DNA from: Felis catus
Taxonomy: Eukaryota
Length of the DNA: 64,000 nt
Direction: 5' to 3'
Assembly (NCBI RefSeq): GCF_018350175.1
Contig: NC_058368.1
Span: forward strand, 138,014,001-138,078,000
The notes beneath the pieces are model-generated. The model was not told the origin of the DNA. It searched no databases and worked only from the letters and a program-made list of their open reading frames with translations. Below are positions 12,970 to 25,279 of the stretch, one piece after another. The translations under genes were made by a program, and so were the position numbers. Numbering within the stretch: the first letter of the stretch is position 1; every line of letters begins with the position of its first letter.

Positions 12970-13200
12970 AGGGCACCTGGGTGGCGCAGTCGGTTAAGCG
13001 TCCGACTTCAGCCAGGTCACGATCTCGCGGTCTGTGAGTTCGAGCCCCGCGTCGGGCTCTGGGCTGATGGCTCAGAGCCTGGAGCCTGTTTCCGATTCTG
13101 TGTCTCCCTCTCTCTCTGCCCCTCCCCCGTTCATGCTTTGTCTCTCTCTGTCCCAAAAATAAATAAACGTTGAAAAAAAAAATTAAAAAAAAAAAAAAAA
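12970..13200 (+). mobile_element. Young felid CanSINE (SINEC_Fc-like)
   Basis: Intact CpGs, long A tail, perfect TSD aagaaaatcccctga. Confidence 0.95.
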
Positions 13201-13594
13201 GAAAATCCCCTGAGTAGTTTCTAAAAAGTGGTGCTGGATCAGGAGGGTAAAAAAATACGCGGGTCTGAAAGATCAGTTTTGCAAAGGAAGGGTCTCTAGA
13301 CAGTGTAAAGCTCTGAAGGTGGCTCGGAGGTAGAATAAATCTCTGCTGGTAGAATTTTTGGGCCTCAGGGATGCGCTGAAGGGGAACAAAATTTTGTCAG
13401 TGGAGCATTCCCAGGGGTCCTCAAATCCTGTGGGAAGTGTTGAACTACTTATACAACTGATTACATTCAAGAGGCAATTTATAGCTCCCCCAGTATCTTT
13501 TTTCTCATGTAAATATCAATATCTAAATATCAACCACAACAGGCTCCATCTGCTTTCCTTAAAATACCTGGGATTAAAATGTACTTTGAATACA

Positions 13595-14077
13595 CAGGCA
13601 CATTATGACTTTGGTGGGCCCCAGGCCCTTTTGCTTTCACGAGTCCTTGCCTCCATAAAGCAATTCAATTTTATTATTTTGGGGCGCCTGGGTGGCTCAG
13701 TCGATTGGGTGTCTGACTTTGGCTCAGGTCATGATCTCACAGCTCGTGGGTTCGAGCCCCGCGTGGGGCTCTGTACTGACAGCTCAGAGCCTGGAGCCTG
13801 CCTCGGATTGTGTATCTCCGTCTCTCTCTACCCCTCCTCCGCTCCCGTTCTGTGTCTCTCTGTCTCAAAAATAAACATTAAAAATTTTTTTTCATAAAAA
13901 AATTATTTTCATTGTTACATATACATTAATATTATATATTAAAACATTTCATCCAACCTAAAAGTTCATGTTTTTCCTTCTGATTTTAAAAGATGTTACA
14001 ACATGTTCTTTGGCCCCTCAAAGCACTGTAGGCTCTGGGCACTGAACCAGCTGTACCTAGTGGAGAAGTTAGGCCTG
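13595..14077. mobile_element. Non-autonomous hAT (Tip100-class-like) DNA transposon split by a CanSINE
   Basis: Ends caggcacattatgactttggtgggccc / ctagtggagaagttaggcctg with AT-rich interior; family assignment uncertain. Confidence 0.5.
13681..13900 (+). mobile_element. CanSINE
   Basis: ggggcgcctgggtggctcagtcg head, body, tail. Confidence 0.92.
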
Positions 14078-14203
14078 TTGGAGAGGACTCACGTTTAAAA
14101 CTGGCTGGCAATGGCCTGTTCCTTCTTAAAAGATTGCAAAATACCTTTTGTGCATCGTTGGTGCACAATACATGTTAACTGATTAAACATATTCAGAGAT
14201 GTT

Positions 14204-14345
14204 GGGGCACCTGGGTGACTCAGTCAGTTAAGGGTCCGACTCTTGATCTCAGCTCCGGTCTTGATTTCAGGGTTGTGAGTTCAAGCCCTGCGCTGGGTCT
14301 GAAGCCTACTGAAAGCAACAACAATAAAAAACACAAACAAAAATG
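14204..14345 (+). mobile_element. Short older CanSINE
   Basis: tRNA-like head with A/B boxes, short body, A-rich tail. Confidence 0.8.
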
Positions 14346-14424
14346 TTCAGAAACATCAAGACTCCTCTTGTAACAAGGTGACTACTTCTCTACTTTTGTC
14401 CCTAATGACCATTCTGGATCTGTT

Positions 14425-14572
14425 ACTTTGCTACTCAGACCCGCGCCATTGTGGTCATGTGGGGCTTGTCACAAATGCAGAGCATCAGCCTCCAACTGAT
14501 GTGGAGTCAAAATTTGCATTTTGACAAAATCCACAGGTGATTCACACGTACCTTGCACTGAAGCACCACTGG
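14425..14572. mobile_element. MER5A-like DNA transposon
   Basis: 'cttgtcacaaatgcaga...tttgcattttgacaaaatccacaggtgattc...tgaagcaccactg'. Confidence 0.6.
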
Positions 14573-14600
14573 CTGGCAATGTAAAAAGGATTGTACATCT

Positions 14601-14820
14601 GGGGTGCCTGCGTCGTGGCTCAGTCGGTTAAGTGTCTGACTCCGGCTTAGGCCATGATCTCACAGTTTGTGGGTTCAAGCCCCACATCGGGCTCTGTGCT
14701 GACAGCTCAGAGTCTGGAACCTGCTTTGGATTCTGTGTCTCCCTCTCTCTCTGCCCTTTCCTCGCTTGCATTCTGTCTCTCAAAAGTAAACAAACATTAA
14801 AAAAATTAAAAAAAAATAAA
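14601..14820 (+). mobile_element. CanSINE
   Basis: Body and tail; TSD gattgtacatc. Confidence 0.92.
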
Positions 14821-14919
14821 ACAGATTGTACATCATCAGCAGAAATGGAAGAGCTGACTTCTCATATAATTGAGGGCTGGCTGTCATCCTTCTCTAGTGG
14901 CAATAAATTCAGTTGTTAG

Positions 14920-15085
14920 ACCAGGTGTTCCCCATCTTTGGCATCACCTGGGAGTCTTAGAAAATACCAATGTGCCACTTCCCACCCTAGGGATTCTGAA
15001 ATAATTGGTCTGAGGTGGGATTGTGGGAACCAAAGTTTGTTAGTGCTTCCCAGGTAATGTTCGTGTGTAGCCATACTGAAAACTG
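14920..15085. mobile_element. MER5-like DNA transposon
   Basis: 'catcacctgggag...gattctgaaataattggtctgaggtggg...cttcccaggtaatgttc'. Confidence 0.6.
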
Positions 15086-15714
15086 AGCCCTTTTCCACAA
15101 GATTTGTCCCGTGGTTGTGATCCAGTTGGCTTTTTTTTTTTTTCTGTGTTCCTGACCTTCTCAACATGAGCAACCAAGTGTACATTCCAGAACTAGTCTC
15201 TTACCTCAGAGTCTGACATGCTCTATTAATTATTCCAACGCTCTGAAGTATTCTAATTTACCCATATTCTGCTTATTAGTTGCCACCATTTCCTGCATCC
15301 TTATAATGTATCCCATAATAACCTTCATTTAATTTTCACCATGCTGAAGAATTTTTATGCCCATTTACAGATGAGGAAATGGAGGATAGAAGGTTTGGAT
15401 CTTCCAAGGCCATCCTTTCTCATGCTACAATTTGTACCCCCTCCCTCACCCTTACCTCTATGGTCTTCTAGTATCTTGCTGTTATTTAAAAAAAAAAAAA
15501 AAAGTTAAGTTCCTAACATATATGGCTCAACATTAGATTTACAATTTTTCAATCTTTGAGAATTATTGGAAAATAGAATGAAGAGCAGGAAAGAATTAAG
15601 TAGATAATCAACCCTGGAGCAGTTAGAAACCACTAAAACAAAGTTTGAAAATTGTGATAGAAGTTTTCCATCCTATATAACTGATGGGATAGTGCACTTA
15701 AAGAAAGCCAAGTA

Positions 15715-15930
15715 GGGGCGCCTGGGTGGCTCAGTCGGTTGGGCGGCCGACTACGGCTCAGGTCATGATCTCGAGGTCCGTGAGTTCGAGCTCCGCGTCG
15801 GGCTCTGTGCTGACAGCTCAGAGCCTGGAGCCTGTTTCCGATTCTGTGTCTCCCTCTCTCTGACCCTCCCCCGTTCATGCTCTTTCTCTGTCTCAAAAAT
15901 AAATAAATGTTAAAAAAAAATTTTAAAAGA
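15715..15930 (+). mobile_element. CanSINE (young)
   Basis: CpG-rich body; degenerate TSD aagaaa(gcc/acg)aagta. Confidence 0.93.
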
Positions 15931-17019
15931 AAACGAAGTATTAAATACCCCCAGAGCTAGAGTCTGTATACAAATATTAAATACTCCACAGGTGCCCTGT
16001 GTTAGGACTGTAGAGATTCCTGGGATAAGAAACAGTCTTTGCCCTTGAGATGTCAAGAGTGGATAAGAACCGTAACAGTCCCACATAGGACAGGGAATAT
16101 AGTAAAGGACTAAGTTGTGTGATAAGGTCGTTACGCTTTGGCAAAGTTCAGAGGCTGGCAGGAACCAGGACAATGAAGAAGAAAAGACTCATGGAGGAGG
16201 TCTATAAGGATGAATGGAGACTGAATAAGAAAGACAGAACTGAGTTGGGATAGTGGCATAATCCTCAGCAGGACGTTAGAAACTGAACTGAATTACCAAC
16301 CTGGTTTCTTGTTGGCTGAATGTCCCTTGTCTGGGGACTGACAATACATAGGTAGTCTTTGGATTCTCAACAAATGCTGCCCCAGCCAAGCTTAGTACTT
16401 TCTCAGTGTCGGGAGTAACCTGTACCTGGTGTAGCAAAATCAATCAGACGCAAAGGGTTATTTACACTACTGATAGCTTCCTTGCCTCATATATTCACGG
16501 GCTTCTTTTAAGGTTGCTAAAGTACACTTTGCTTAATATTTGAACCTAGAGAAGTTGAAAGCCAAGTGCTTACTTAAATATTGATCAGGCTCAGGGCTTG
16601 AGAGAAGGCAAGAAAACTGCAGACAGCATGATTAGATGTCCTCAGCTGGTAAAGGTTCCCCAATGACTAGTTTTGCTTCTTTTTAGTGGGGAAGGGGTTT
16701 TGGATAATTTCCTCTAATACTTGTTCCTCCTGCTACATGTTCTTACTTCTTTCTACATATCTAACGTAACTAAGAAAAGGGAGGAAGGACAAGGAAAAAA
16801 TAGAGTGATTCAATACTATGGATGTAAAAAGACTATTAACGACAAGGTCACTAACACATGGATGTTTTTGCTTACCAGAGTTTGGGAACCGTTTTTGTCT
16901 GGTAAGTTGATTCAATTCGTCTCCAGCAGACATTTTACAGTTGGAAAAAAACAATTTTTTTTGAAAATATTGTTTTTATCTTGAGTACCTTGAGGTCTTG
17001 GCATGGGCAGGACCGTCTT

Positions 17020-17238
17020 TAAAAATTTTTTTTTCAACGTCTATTTATTTTTTGGGACAGAGAGAGACAGAGCATGAACGGGGGAAGGGCAGAGAGAGAG
17101 GGAGACACAGAATCGGAAACAGGCTCCAGGCTCTGAGCCATCAGCCCAGAGCCTGACGCGGGGCTCGAACTCCCGGACCGCGAGATCGTGACCTGGCTGA
17201 GGTCGGACGCTTAACCGACTGCACCACCCAGGCGCCCC
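17020..17238 (-). mobile_element. Young felid CanSINE (SINEC_Fc-like)
   Basis: Intact CpGs; TSD accgtctttaaaa. Confidence 0.95.
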
Positions 17239-17749
17239 ACGCAAAACCGTCTTTAAAAGGCAGTGCCTGAGGCCAGGCCTTGGGTTCATCCCAGTGGGAA
17301 ATAGAATCAGCTGGGACTGCACCTCGGGGAAGGGGTTAGGAGTGCAGGCCAATCGGGGGCCCCTTTATGAAGGCAGGACGCCAGACCTTTGCCTTGGAAC
17401 AGGACTAAGGACTTCAGAGGCGGGATCCTGTTGTTCTGCTATCTTCTTCAGGAACTCGGTCAGCAGATCGGGTGAGACAAGGTGAGGCTGCAAAGAGGCA
17501 CAAATGGCCCAGACGCAGGACAGGTGTTGCAGACAGCTGGGAACAGGTCGGGGGAGGGGAGCTCCTCCTGGCTGACTGTCTTGGTGGCCAGCTTCCTCCA
17601 ACTACACACCCCTGTCCGGCCCTGTGGGCGGTAGGTCTTCGCAGGAAAAACAAAGAGATTCGAGGTCCTCACAAGAAAAGTCCATTTGGTAACTTTGCCT
17701 TTAAAGTTGGTCTCAAGTCTGTGTTTTGGAGGCCTGGCTGACGGAGAAG

Positions 17750-19620
17750 CTTCTGTGCTCGGGGTTATGAGGAGCTAACCGGAAAAGCGCCTTGGATGGT
17801 AAGGGAGCCCCTCCCGCGCAGTTTTTCGTGGTGAGAACAGGTTACGGTTCTCATGAGAAATTTGTGAGTTACAATTACTTGCAAGGCAGCCACTAGCCCG
17901 CACGAACGCGGAGGGAACGGAGGCTCGCACAGCCCTGGGACACAGGGACGTAAGCCTCAAGAAGAAAGAGGGCGTCTAGTTTTCAAGTCACACTTGGGCC
18001 ACGGCCTGTCACCGGTGTGGTGGTTTTTAAGTGAAGAGCCTGCGCCTCCCCTGGGCATGGCCGGCTCCCTCCTCAGGCGGCGCCGAAGCGAGGTCCGTGG
18101 GGGCCCGGGGAGCGCGGGCGCCGCACCCGGGACGCGACCTCGCCCTCCCCCGGCCCCGCAGGGGCCGCGCCAGCCTCCGCCCGACTGGGCGCTCCGGGAT
18201 GGGGGAGGGAAGGCGAGGCGCGCCGGGAGTGGGGGTGGGGGTGGCGGCGGAGACAGCGCGGTCGGGCCGCTTCAGGTTTCGTCCTGGAGCCGGTGGCGGG
18301 CGCGGCGGCGGGCGGGCCCGGCCATGTGATGCCGGGGCCGGGAGGTGGGCAGGCGGGGATCCAGTGGCAGCCGGCAGGCGCGGAGGGAGCGGGGGCGGCC
18401 CGAGCTGCGGGCGCAGCCAGCCGGACCCGGGAGCGCGCCCGCGGCTCCGCCCCCTCCGCGCTGGCTCCAGCCTCCGGGGCGGCCGGGCGTTGGCAGCTTC
18501 GGGGAAAGCCTTCCCGGCTCCGGGCGGCGGCGGCGGGCCGGGGCGCGTTCCAGACGCCCTCGGGCAGGGCGCGGGCTGCAGCGCCTCGGTGGGGTTCCGG
18601 AGGCTGTGGGGGCCCTGGCTCCAGGTAAGTGCTCTTGGGGGCTCCATCCGCCGCCTCTCCCAGTAGCTCAGGGCAGAAAAGTTTGCTCCCCTCGCCCGAG
18701 TTCTCTAGCCCAGAAATACTCTCTCCAGGGTCCTGGGGGACGCGAGGGGCAGAAGTGGAAAGGTGGGTGCCGCTGTGAGTTTAGTGGCGCGAGGGATCCT
18801 GACGCTTCATTGCCCCTGGAGGACGGCAACAAGTGCAAAGGGCCGCACCGTCCGGCGCGGCGGCGGCCGCTGTGGAGCCTGGGGTGGTTTGCGCCGGGCG
18901 GCCGGGAGCGCACCGAGAAGGCTGTGGCACCTCTCGTTGCCGCTGGGGGGTCCCGGGATGGGGGGGTGGAGGCCCGGTCGGGGTCCTTTGAGAGCCACGG
19001 AGCTGCATTCCTGCGGTGGAGATGGGGGTGGGGGGCGGCTCGAAAGCTGGTTCCCCATCGGTGTCTTTGCTCCATCGTGAGGGTCCTTGGTGGGGCTGGG
19101 CTCCCAGAGAGCAGACCTCACGGTACCAGCGCTAGCACTCTTTCATATGGAGACATTTGCTGTATTTTCAAAGGCAGCTGCAGACATTTGATTACGAGGG
19201 GCGGTCGGCGTTCCGTCGGATTTTATTCTTACGGGTTTGTGTGCCCCATGAACATCTGGGATGTGGGTGGGTGGTACCCTAACCTTCTCCTGCTTAGAGT
19301 TTCCGGAGGGGGTCACAACGATGGGCTTGTGCTCGGCCGAGGAGGCATCCTTTCCTGTCGAGGCTGGGTAGAAGCTGGGTGCTGGGGCCGCCTTGGAAAC
19401 CCAGCTCTGGTTTCCCAGACGCCCATTAGAGTTCCAGGAGAGAATCCATCTGCCTCCCTAGGAGCCCACAGTGACCCCCCTATTGGTTACAGCTGGGTGG
19501 GTCACGGAAAGGCAGCAGCATCTGTGTTTGCCCAGCTTCCTGAAATGACCCCCGCCTGGGTCTAGACCGATCTCTGCAGACCCGGAATGACGGTGGTTTA
19601 CCACCAGACCCGCGCCAGTT
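17750..19620. promoter_or_regulatory. CpG island promoter (core ~18040-19040)
   Basis: Very high GC and CpG density relative to CpG-depleted flanks; several GC boxes (ctccgccc, gggcggg); free of repeats. Confidence 0.92.
18250..18624 (+). other. Probable first exon (likely 5' UTR) of an unidentified gene; 5' end uncertain
   Basis: Perfect donor CAG|GTAAGT at 18622-18630 inside the CpG island; no recognisable coding exon in the following 45 kb. Confidence 0.65.
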
Positions 19621-20955
19621 GGGAAAGAAAAGAAAAAACGCAAACCTTATAAAAAAACAAAACGACACTAAACCCCGCCCCCCAGTCCCTTCCTCATTTA
19701 TGGTCCCGGGGGTCTGTGATTTTCCGAAGCTTTCTCATCCTCTGTTCCTAAGCCCTGGAGCTGTCAGGGAAAGCGAACTCCTGTTTTCAGAACAGAAAGG
19801 AGACCTGTCTTTACTAGGTTTTGTGGGTTGCTGTTTGCACATGACCATACAACCAGAGTGAGAACTTAGGGGAAGGTTTCTGTATGAATTCTGGATTTTA
19901 CATATATCTTAATAAAACATCTCTATTTGCCTCCTCCTGATTAATGGCCGACCTAATTCCTTTGGACTGTTTGGAGGACAAGAAAGGAATACTGCAAAAA
20001 CGTTTTGGAATTGCTTTCTACAACATAGTATTCCAGCGTAATGGTCTGTAGGGAACTTTGTGTGATTATTGTGCTCATTAACTTTGATTAAATAGGAATT
20101 GGGATCACATCAGACCTCTGCTTTAGTGGTTGGGAAACTGAGGCACACAGCTTCTGAATGTCCTGGCTAATAGGAGAATGGGGAACAGAATTAGTGTTCT
20201 GCTTTTGACGGTTTTCTTCCTTATCACAGCCGTATAACCTGGTCAACCAAGAACAGGTTATGTAACAGGTGTCATTAGATTTTGCTTTGAAGCACCTGTC
20301 CTGCCCTTTAAGAAGTTTAGAAGCACTTAAAGAGGGAAATGGTAATAAAGGCTCGATGAAATTTCATCAGTGGCCTCATTTGGGGTTAACACCTTTTTTT
20401 TTTTTTTTTTTAAACACGTGTGCAGTGCATAAGAGTTGTGAATATTTTCTCGTACTTTTAAAATGTTCTGTGGTGGCTAAGACGAATTAGGTAGAAATTT
20501 GAGGTGAGCTCTGATACATGACCTTGGGTGTATGCCATATGAGAAAGGGAGAAGTATCCTCAAAAGGTATTAAAGCTGGAACACAATACGTTTATGTTTG
20601 GCATCGTGTATAAAAACAAGTACTGTATTGGTACTTAAGCTCTAACTTGAAGTCTGGCCAGAGTTTATTACTAAGCAGACTGTACCGAAAAATGAATGCT
20701 ATAAATATTGGAAAACCCTGATTGGGGTTTGGCTACAATGGTATTGCCAAATTACTCTGGTAAATGATGGTAAAGCCCAAATTACTCTAAAACTCCTAGG
20801 CTGACTAATTGTATTATGTGTTAATTTACTGATTAGATAGGACAGATGTAGTTGATAAAGGTTTTGTGTAATTGCATTAGTACTTTCATTGTTTTAGTTG
20901 AACAGAGAAGCAACGGGATAATTTTTTCATGTGACTTTAAGATTTGTTACAAAGA

Positions 20956-21160
20956 CGGATGCCTGGGTGGCCCAGTGGGTTGCGTGTCTGACTTCAACTC
21001 AGGTCATGATCTCTCAGTTTGTGGGTTCAATCCCTGTGTCGGGCTCTGTGCTGAAAGACCCTGCTTTGGATTCTGTGTCTCCTTCTCTCACTGCCTTCCC
21101 CCCCCACCCTCACTTGTGCTCTGTCTTTTAAAAATGAATAAATGTTAAAAAATAATAAAA
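20956..21160 (+). mobile_element. CanSINE
   Basis: TSD aagatttgtta(c/t)(a/g)aaga. Confidence 0.9.
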
Positions 21161-21624
21161 AAGATTTGTTATGAAGAGATGGGTCAGGTTGGGTAATTGT
21201 TATTTTGGGTTCTAAATTTCTATGGATTTCACATCTAAGGCAATACTGGTCTAAGTTCAGAGTTTTTAGGGTCTGTTGTATTTTGAGTGGACTTTTGCAC
21301 ACTTGATACTCAGACTTTTGGTAAAATGTCAGGTACCTTTATGTGATAGTACATCTTAATCAACTGTAATTTTGTCCTTAATTTGATCTTGGCACAATAG
21401 TAATTTGCTTATTTCTAGCATTACTGCTCCTGGACTGCTTCTCCTGGATAACCAAGATAATGAGATTTGACATAATTTTTTAAATGAGGGAAAGCAAAAA
21501 CGTCACGTAATTGAATATTGGGCATTTGTTGCAGTGATATTTGTTTTGAACTGTTTTATCATATGTACTTCTATTCTTCAGAGGTGATTTCTCCTTAATT
21601 TTTTTTCCTGAATTTGAGGTTTGA

Positions 21625-22083
21625 CTTTTTTTTTTTTTTTAGTTTTTTAAAAACTTAAAAATGTTTACTTATTTTTGAGACAGCACGAGCCGGGTACTGG
21701 CAGGGAGAGAGGGAGACACAGGATCTGAAGCAGGCTCCAGGCTCTGAGCTGTCAGCGCAGAGCCCAATGAAGGGCTCGAACTCACGGACCACGAGATCGT
21801 GACCTGAGGTGAATTCAGATGCTTAACCAACTGAGCCACCCAGGCGCCCCTAAAAGTTTTTTTAAATGTTTTATTTATTTTTAGAGAAGGAGAGAGAGAG
21901 AGAGAAAGCACGTGCGTGCGCCTGCAAGCAAGTGGGTTTGGGGTAAAGAGAGGGGGATAGAGGATCTGAAGTGGGCTGTACGCTGACAGCAGCAAGTCCC
22001 AGCCCGAGGTGGGACCCAAACTCCTCCAAACCTTTGATCATGACCCCAGCTGAAGTCAGACACTCAACTGAGCGAGGCGCCCC
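21625..22083 (-). mobile_element. Two CanSINEs; the one at ~21660-21850 is nested in the tail of the other
   Basis: Outer TSD ttgaggtttgactt (21614 and 22084); two heads and two bodies. Confidence 0.88.
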
Positions 22084-22499
22084 TTGAGGTTTGACTTGTG
22101 TAGGAAGTTAATGTAAAAGTAAGGTTTCTTGAGAGGAAAACCTTGTATCTATGAGTGAAGGCCAGCGTTGGTGGAGACCAGCAATGTCAGGTTTACTTTC
22201 CTTGATAGCGTGTCTAGAAGAGACCCTCTAAACCAGTATTTCAAGAGGCAGGCTTTGTTTGAGAGCTGTGCACGTGACCATTTTACCTTCTTGAAAGATA
22301 CCTCAAGGGTTAACTAAGTCTGTATATTAAAATTCATAGACCTTCCCTTCATATGTTAATCGAGAGGTAAATTGCCTGCTAATGACTTTATGGTTGAGCT
22401 CCTAATTTCATTGGCAAACACGAGTTACCATGCCCTTGTGCTTAAAGGCTTGCTCCTTTTCTTACATCACTTTATAACTTCTTGAAAACTATAACAAAG

Positions 22500-22720
22500 C
22501 GAATAGCATTGGGGACTCTGGAGCCAGACTGTCTAGTTAGCCCGCCTTGGCTCTGTCCTGGTTGTATGATGCTTCTCTGCCTGAGGTTTTCCATGGGTAA
22601 CATGGGGATAATCATTGTAACCTGCCCCTTCCGGTTGTTGTGCGAGTCAGTGAGTTAATTCACAGCTTTTCTAGAAGTGCCTGGCAGAGAGGAAGTTCTA
22701 GAAAGCATGGGTGATTATAT
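22500..22720 (+). mobile_element. MIR
   Basis: 'gactctggagccagactg...ctctgcctgaggttttcc...atggggataat...ggttgttgtg...gtgcctggca'. Confidence 0.65.
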
Positions 22721-22789
22721 TTGTAACAAATGGTAAAATAGGCAATTACGGAGTTTTAGCTTTAGCAGGTTTTCCAGGTTTCAGAAAGC

Positions 22790-22950
22790 AGTGAGAGGTC
22801 AGTGTGAAGGCGCCTAAGTCGGGATTCCGGGATGGAGATGGCCTGTGATCTCCCAGCTGTATGAGTGTGGCCAAGTATGACCCCTCGCGGGGTCTCCATT
22901 TCCTCCTCTGATAAAACAGAGTAGACTGGATGGTCTCTAAGGACCTGCCA
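22790..22950 (+). mobile_element. MIR (MIR3/MIRb-like)
   Basis: 'tttcctcctctgataaaacagagtagactggatggtctctaagg'. Confidence 0.55.
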
Positions 22951-23440
22951 GTTGTCACAGTGTAAACTAATAAAATTCAGAAGGTGGGCATTTGTCAGTT
23001 CAGCCTTAGTATCTTGGGCAACGCTGCCAGGAATGTACCGTCCCCAGGGTTGATACAGTACCTGCAGTAGTCTGTGAGCATTTTGATGGGATGTGGACTA
23101 TTAAGACCATTAACTTCCCTCCTCTTCTTCCCCAGACGGTCATAGGTTGAAATGACTGTATTATCTTCCTGGACTTAGTCCAGAGAGATTTTACACATCA
23201 AAGTCTAGATCCCATGCATGCAGGTCATAGGCCACCCTGCTCCCTTTATTCCAAAGAGCTCCCTGTATTTTAAAGCGGTAATACGGCTCTTGGAAGCCGA
23301 GAGAGAAGCTGGTGGATGTTTTCTGAATTTTATGATAAAGATTCCACATCTGATAAACAGGAAAGCCTTAGCAGGAATACTGTTTGCTCCAGGACTTGGA
23401 GCACAGGAGGTCTTATTAAGGACTTAAAAGTAGTGGTGAA

Positions 23441-23645
23441 GGGGCGCCTGGGTGGCTTAGTCGGTTGAGTGTCTGACTTCAGCTCAGGTCATGATCTCAT
23501 GGTTCGTGAGTGAGAGTCCTGTGTCCGGCTCTGTGCTGACAGCTCCCAGCCTGGAGCCTGCTTTGGATTCTGTGTCTCCCACTCTCTCTACCCCTTAGCC
23601 ACTCATGCTCTGACTCTGTCTCAAAAATAAATAATAAAAAAAAAA
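23441..23645 (+). mobile_element. CanSINE
   Basis: TSD aaaagta(gt/tc)ggtgaag. Confidence 0.92.
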
Positions 23646-23929
23646 GTATCGGTGAAGATCAAGAGGTTCCACTGGGGCATATTTCTGTCTTGTGTGGTCC
23701 CCTCCCACCCTTTGTTTGTGTTGTCTCCTGGCTCTTTGTCAGTTTCCCTCCTTTTCTTCAGCCTCCTGGTTTGCCGTATGACCAGATGTTAGTTTCAAAT
23801 GGTAGGAGATGCTCAGTGATGGGAAATTGGGGCTCCTTACTTTGAGCCCCAACCCAGGATTCCAAGCTTGGTGGTTTGTTGTTATCACCTGAATTTAGAA
23901 TCTCTGGTGGGCCTAGCCTTTAAAAAAAC

Positions 23930-24140
23930 ATTTTTTTTAATGTTTATTTTTGAGAGAGAGAGAGAGAGGGAGGGAGGGAGGGAGGGAGGGAGGGAGGGAG
24001 GGAGGGAGGGGGAGAGGGAGAGAACCCGAAGCAGGCTCCAGGCTCTGCCATGTCAGCACAGAGACTGATGAGGCGCTTAAACTCACAAGTTGTGAGATCA
24101 TGACCTGAGCCGAAGTCAGGTGCTCAACTGAGGCGGCCCT
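23930..24140 (-). mobile_element. CanSINE with (GGAG)n expansion
   Basis: Body in reverse; (ggag)n at ~23966-24012. Confidence 0.88.
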
Positions 24141-24875
24141 GGCCTTTTTTATAAAGGTGATAGACCTGGGTTGGCTATCTATTTCCTAACCTTGAGGGGT
24201 TTCTGGCATTCTACTTTTGAAAATTTTCAGTAAGGCATTTTTCTCATGGACTTCCTTTTCCCTATGGGCATGTCATTTGTCCCCTGCTGCCTCTTGTGGA
24301 CCCTCTACTTACATTAACTACAACTAATAACTGCCTATGGAATAGGCTGTATGCCTGCTAACCGCTCTCACCTCACGTTTGGTCTCCTTTCTGTTCTCCT
24401 TAAAATCTGTTGCAGTCTTCAAAGCAAGCTCAAGCTTACTTTTTCTGAAGCTTCTTTTTTGCTAATCTTTTGACCAGATTAATACAACTGAACTCTTTCC
24501 CTTCCGAACTCATTAATACATGGCTGGTCGCTCATATTTATCACTGATCACCTGCCCCTGCTTTCCTTTTGGGCTCCTGTGTGTTAGTCTTGACTTTCCA
24601 ACCTAACTATAAGCTCACTGAAAGCAGGAGCCCTGATTTAAGCTGCCTTGTAGCGTGTTCAGGTTGGTAATTTCGCCCTCATGTCTAGAAGTCCTTTAAG
24701 TTTACAGCATTCCTGCAAGGGCTAATGGCAATGTTTTCCTGCGTATCAGGTATGGGTTGCATTAGAAAATACTGGGATGCAGAGGAAGAGAGGTAAAGGT
24801 TGCTCAGGACATTAGATGACTAGTCTTTCTCAGATGTAAATGGGCAGTTGCACAGGCCTCTTAAGAAATTGTTCA

Positions 24876-25066
24876 GGGGTGCCTGAGTGACTGAGTTGGT
24901 TAAGCATCTGACTCTTGGATTTGGCTCAGTTCATGATTTTGTGTTGGTGGGTTGGAGCCCCATGTTGGCCTCTGTGCTGTCAGTGAGGAGCCTGCTGGGG
25001 ATTCTCCCTCAGCCCCTGCTCTCTCTCCCTCTCCTTCTTTCTCCTATAATAAATTAACTTAAAAAA
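24876..25066 (+). mobile_element. CanSINE
   Basis: Head, body and tail; TSD aaattgt. Confidence 0.88.
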
Positions 25067-25279
25067 TTGTATGTTCAGTCTGGGAAAATAAATTTCTTGG
25101 CTAAAGTCAGAGTCTTAGGATTGAGAGAAACCTGAAAGTTATTCTTTAGTTTCTAGCAGGTGCACAATCCCCCTGTGTAGCTTACTACTGAATATTTGAC
25201 CGCTTGAATACTGTCCTTGAATACTTGGAGTGATGGGGAGCTAATAATCACAAAGACCCCCCCCCCAATCTAACTTTTC

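Noticed and set aside
18250..18624. Assigning a gene symbol to the CpG-island exon
   Set aside because: No coding sequence is visible and I cannot reliably recognise the UTR; a BLAST search is needed.
18345..19565. 406-aa ORF and other overlapping ORFs in the CpG island
   Set aside because: Low-complexity G/R/A/P products of stop-poor GC-rich DNA, mostly non-ATG starts; the long ORF crosses a perfect splice donor and has no recognisable domain.
20205..20275. Possible small exon after 'ttcttccttatcacag'
   Set aside because: Only weak donors (gttatg, gtgtca) and no other support.
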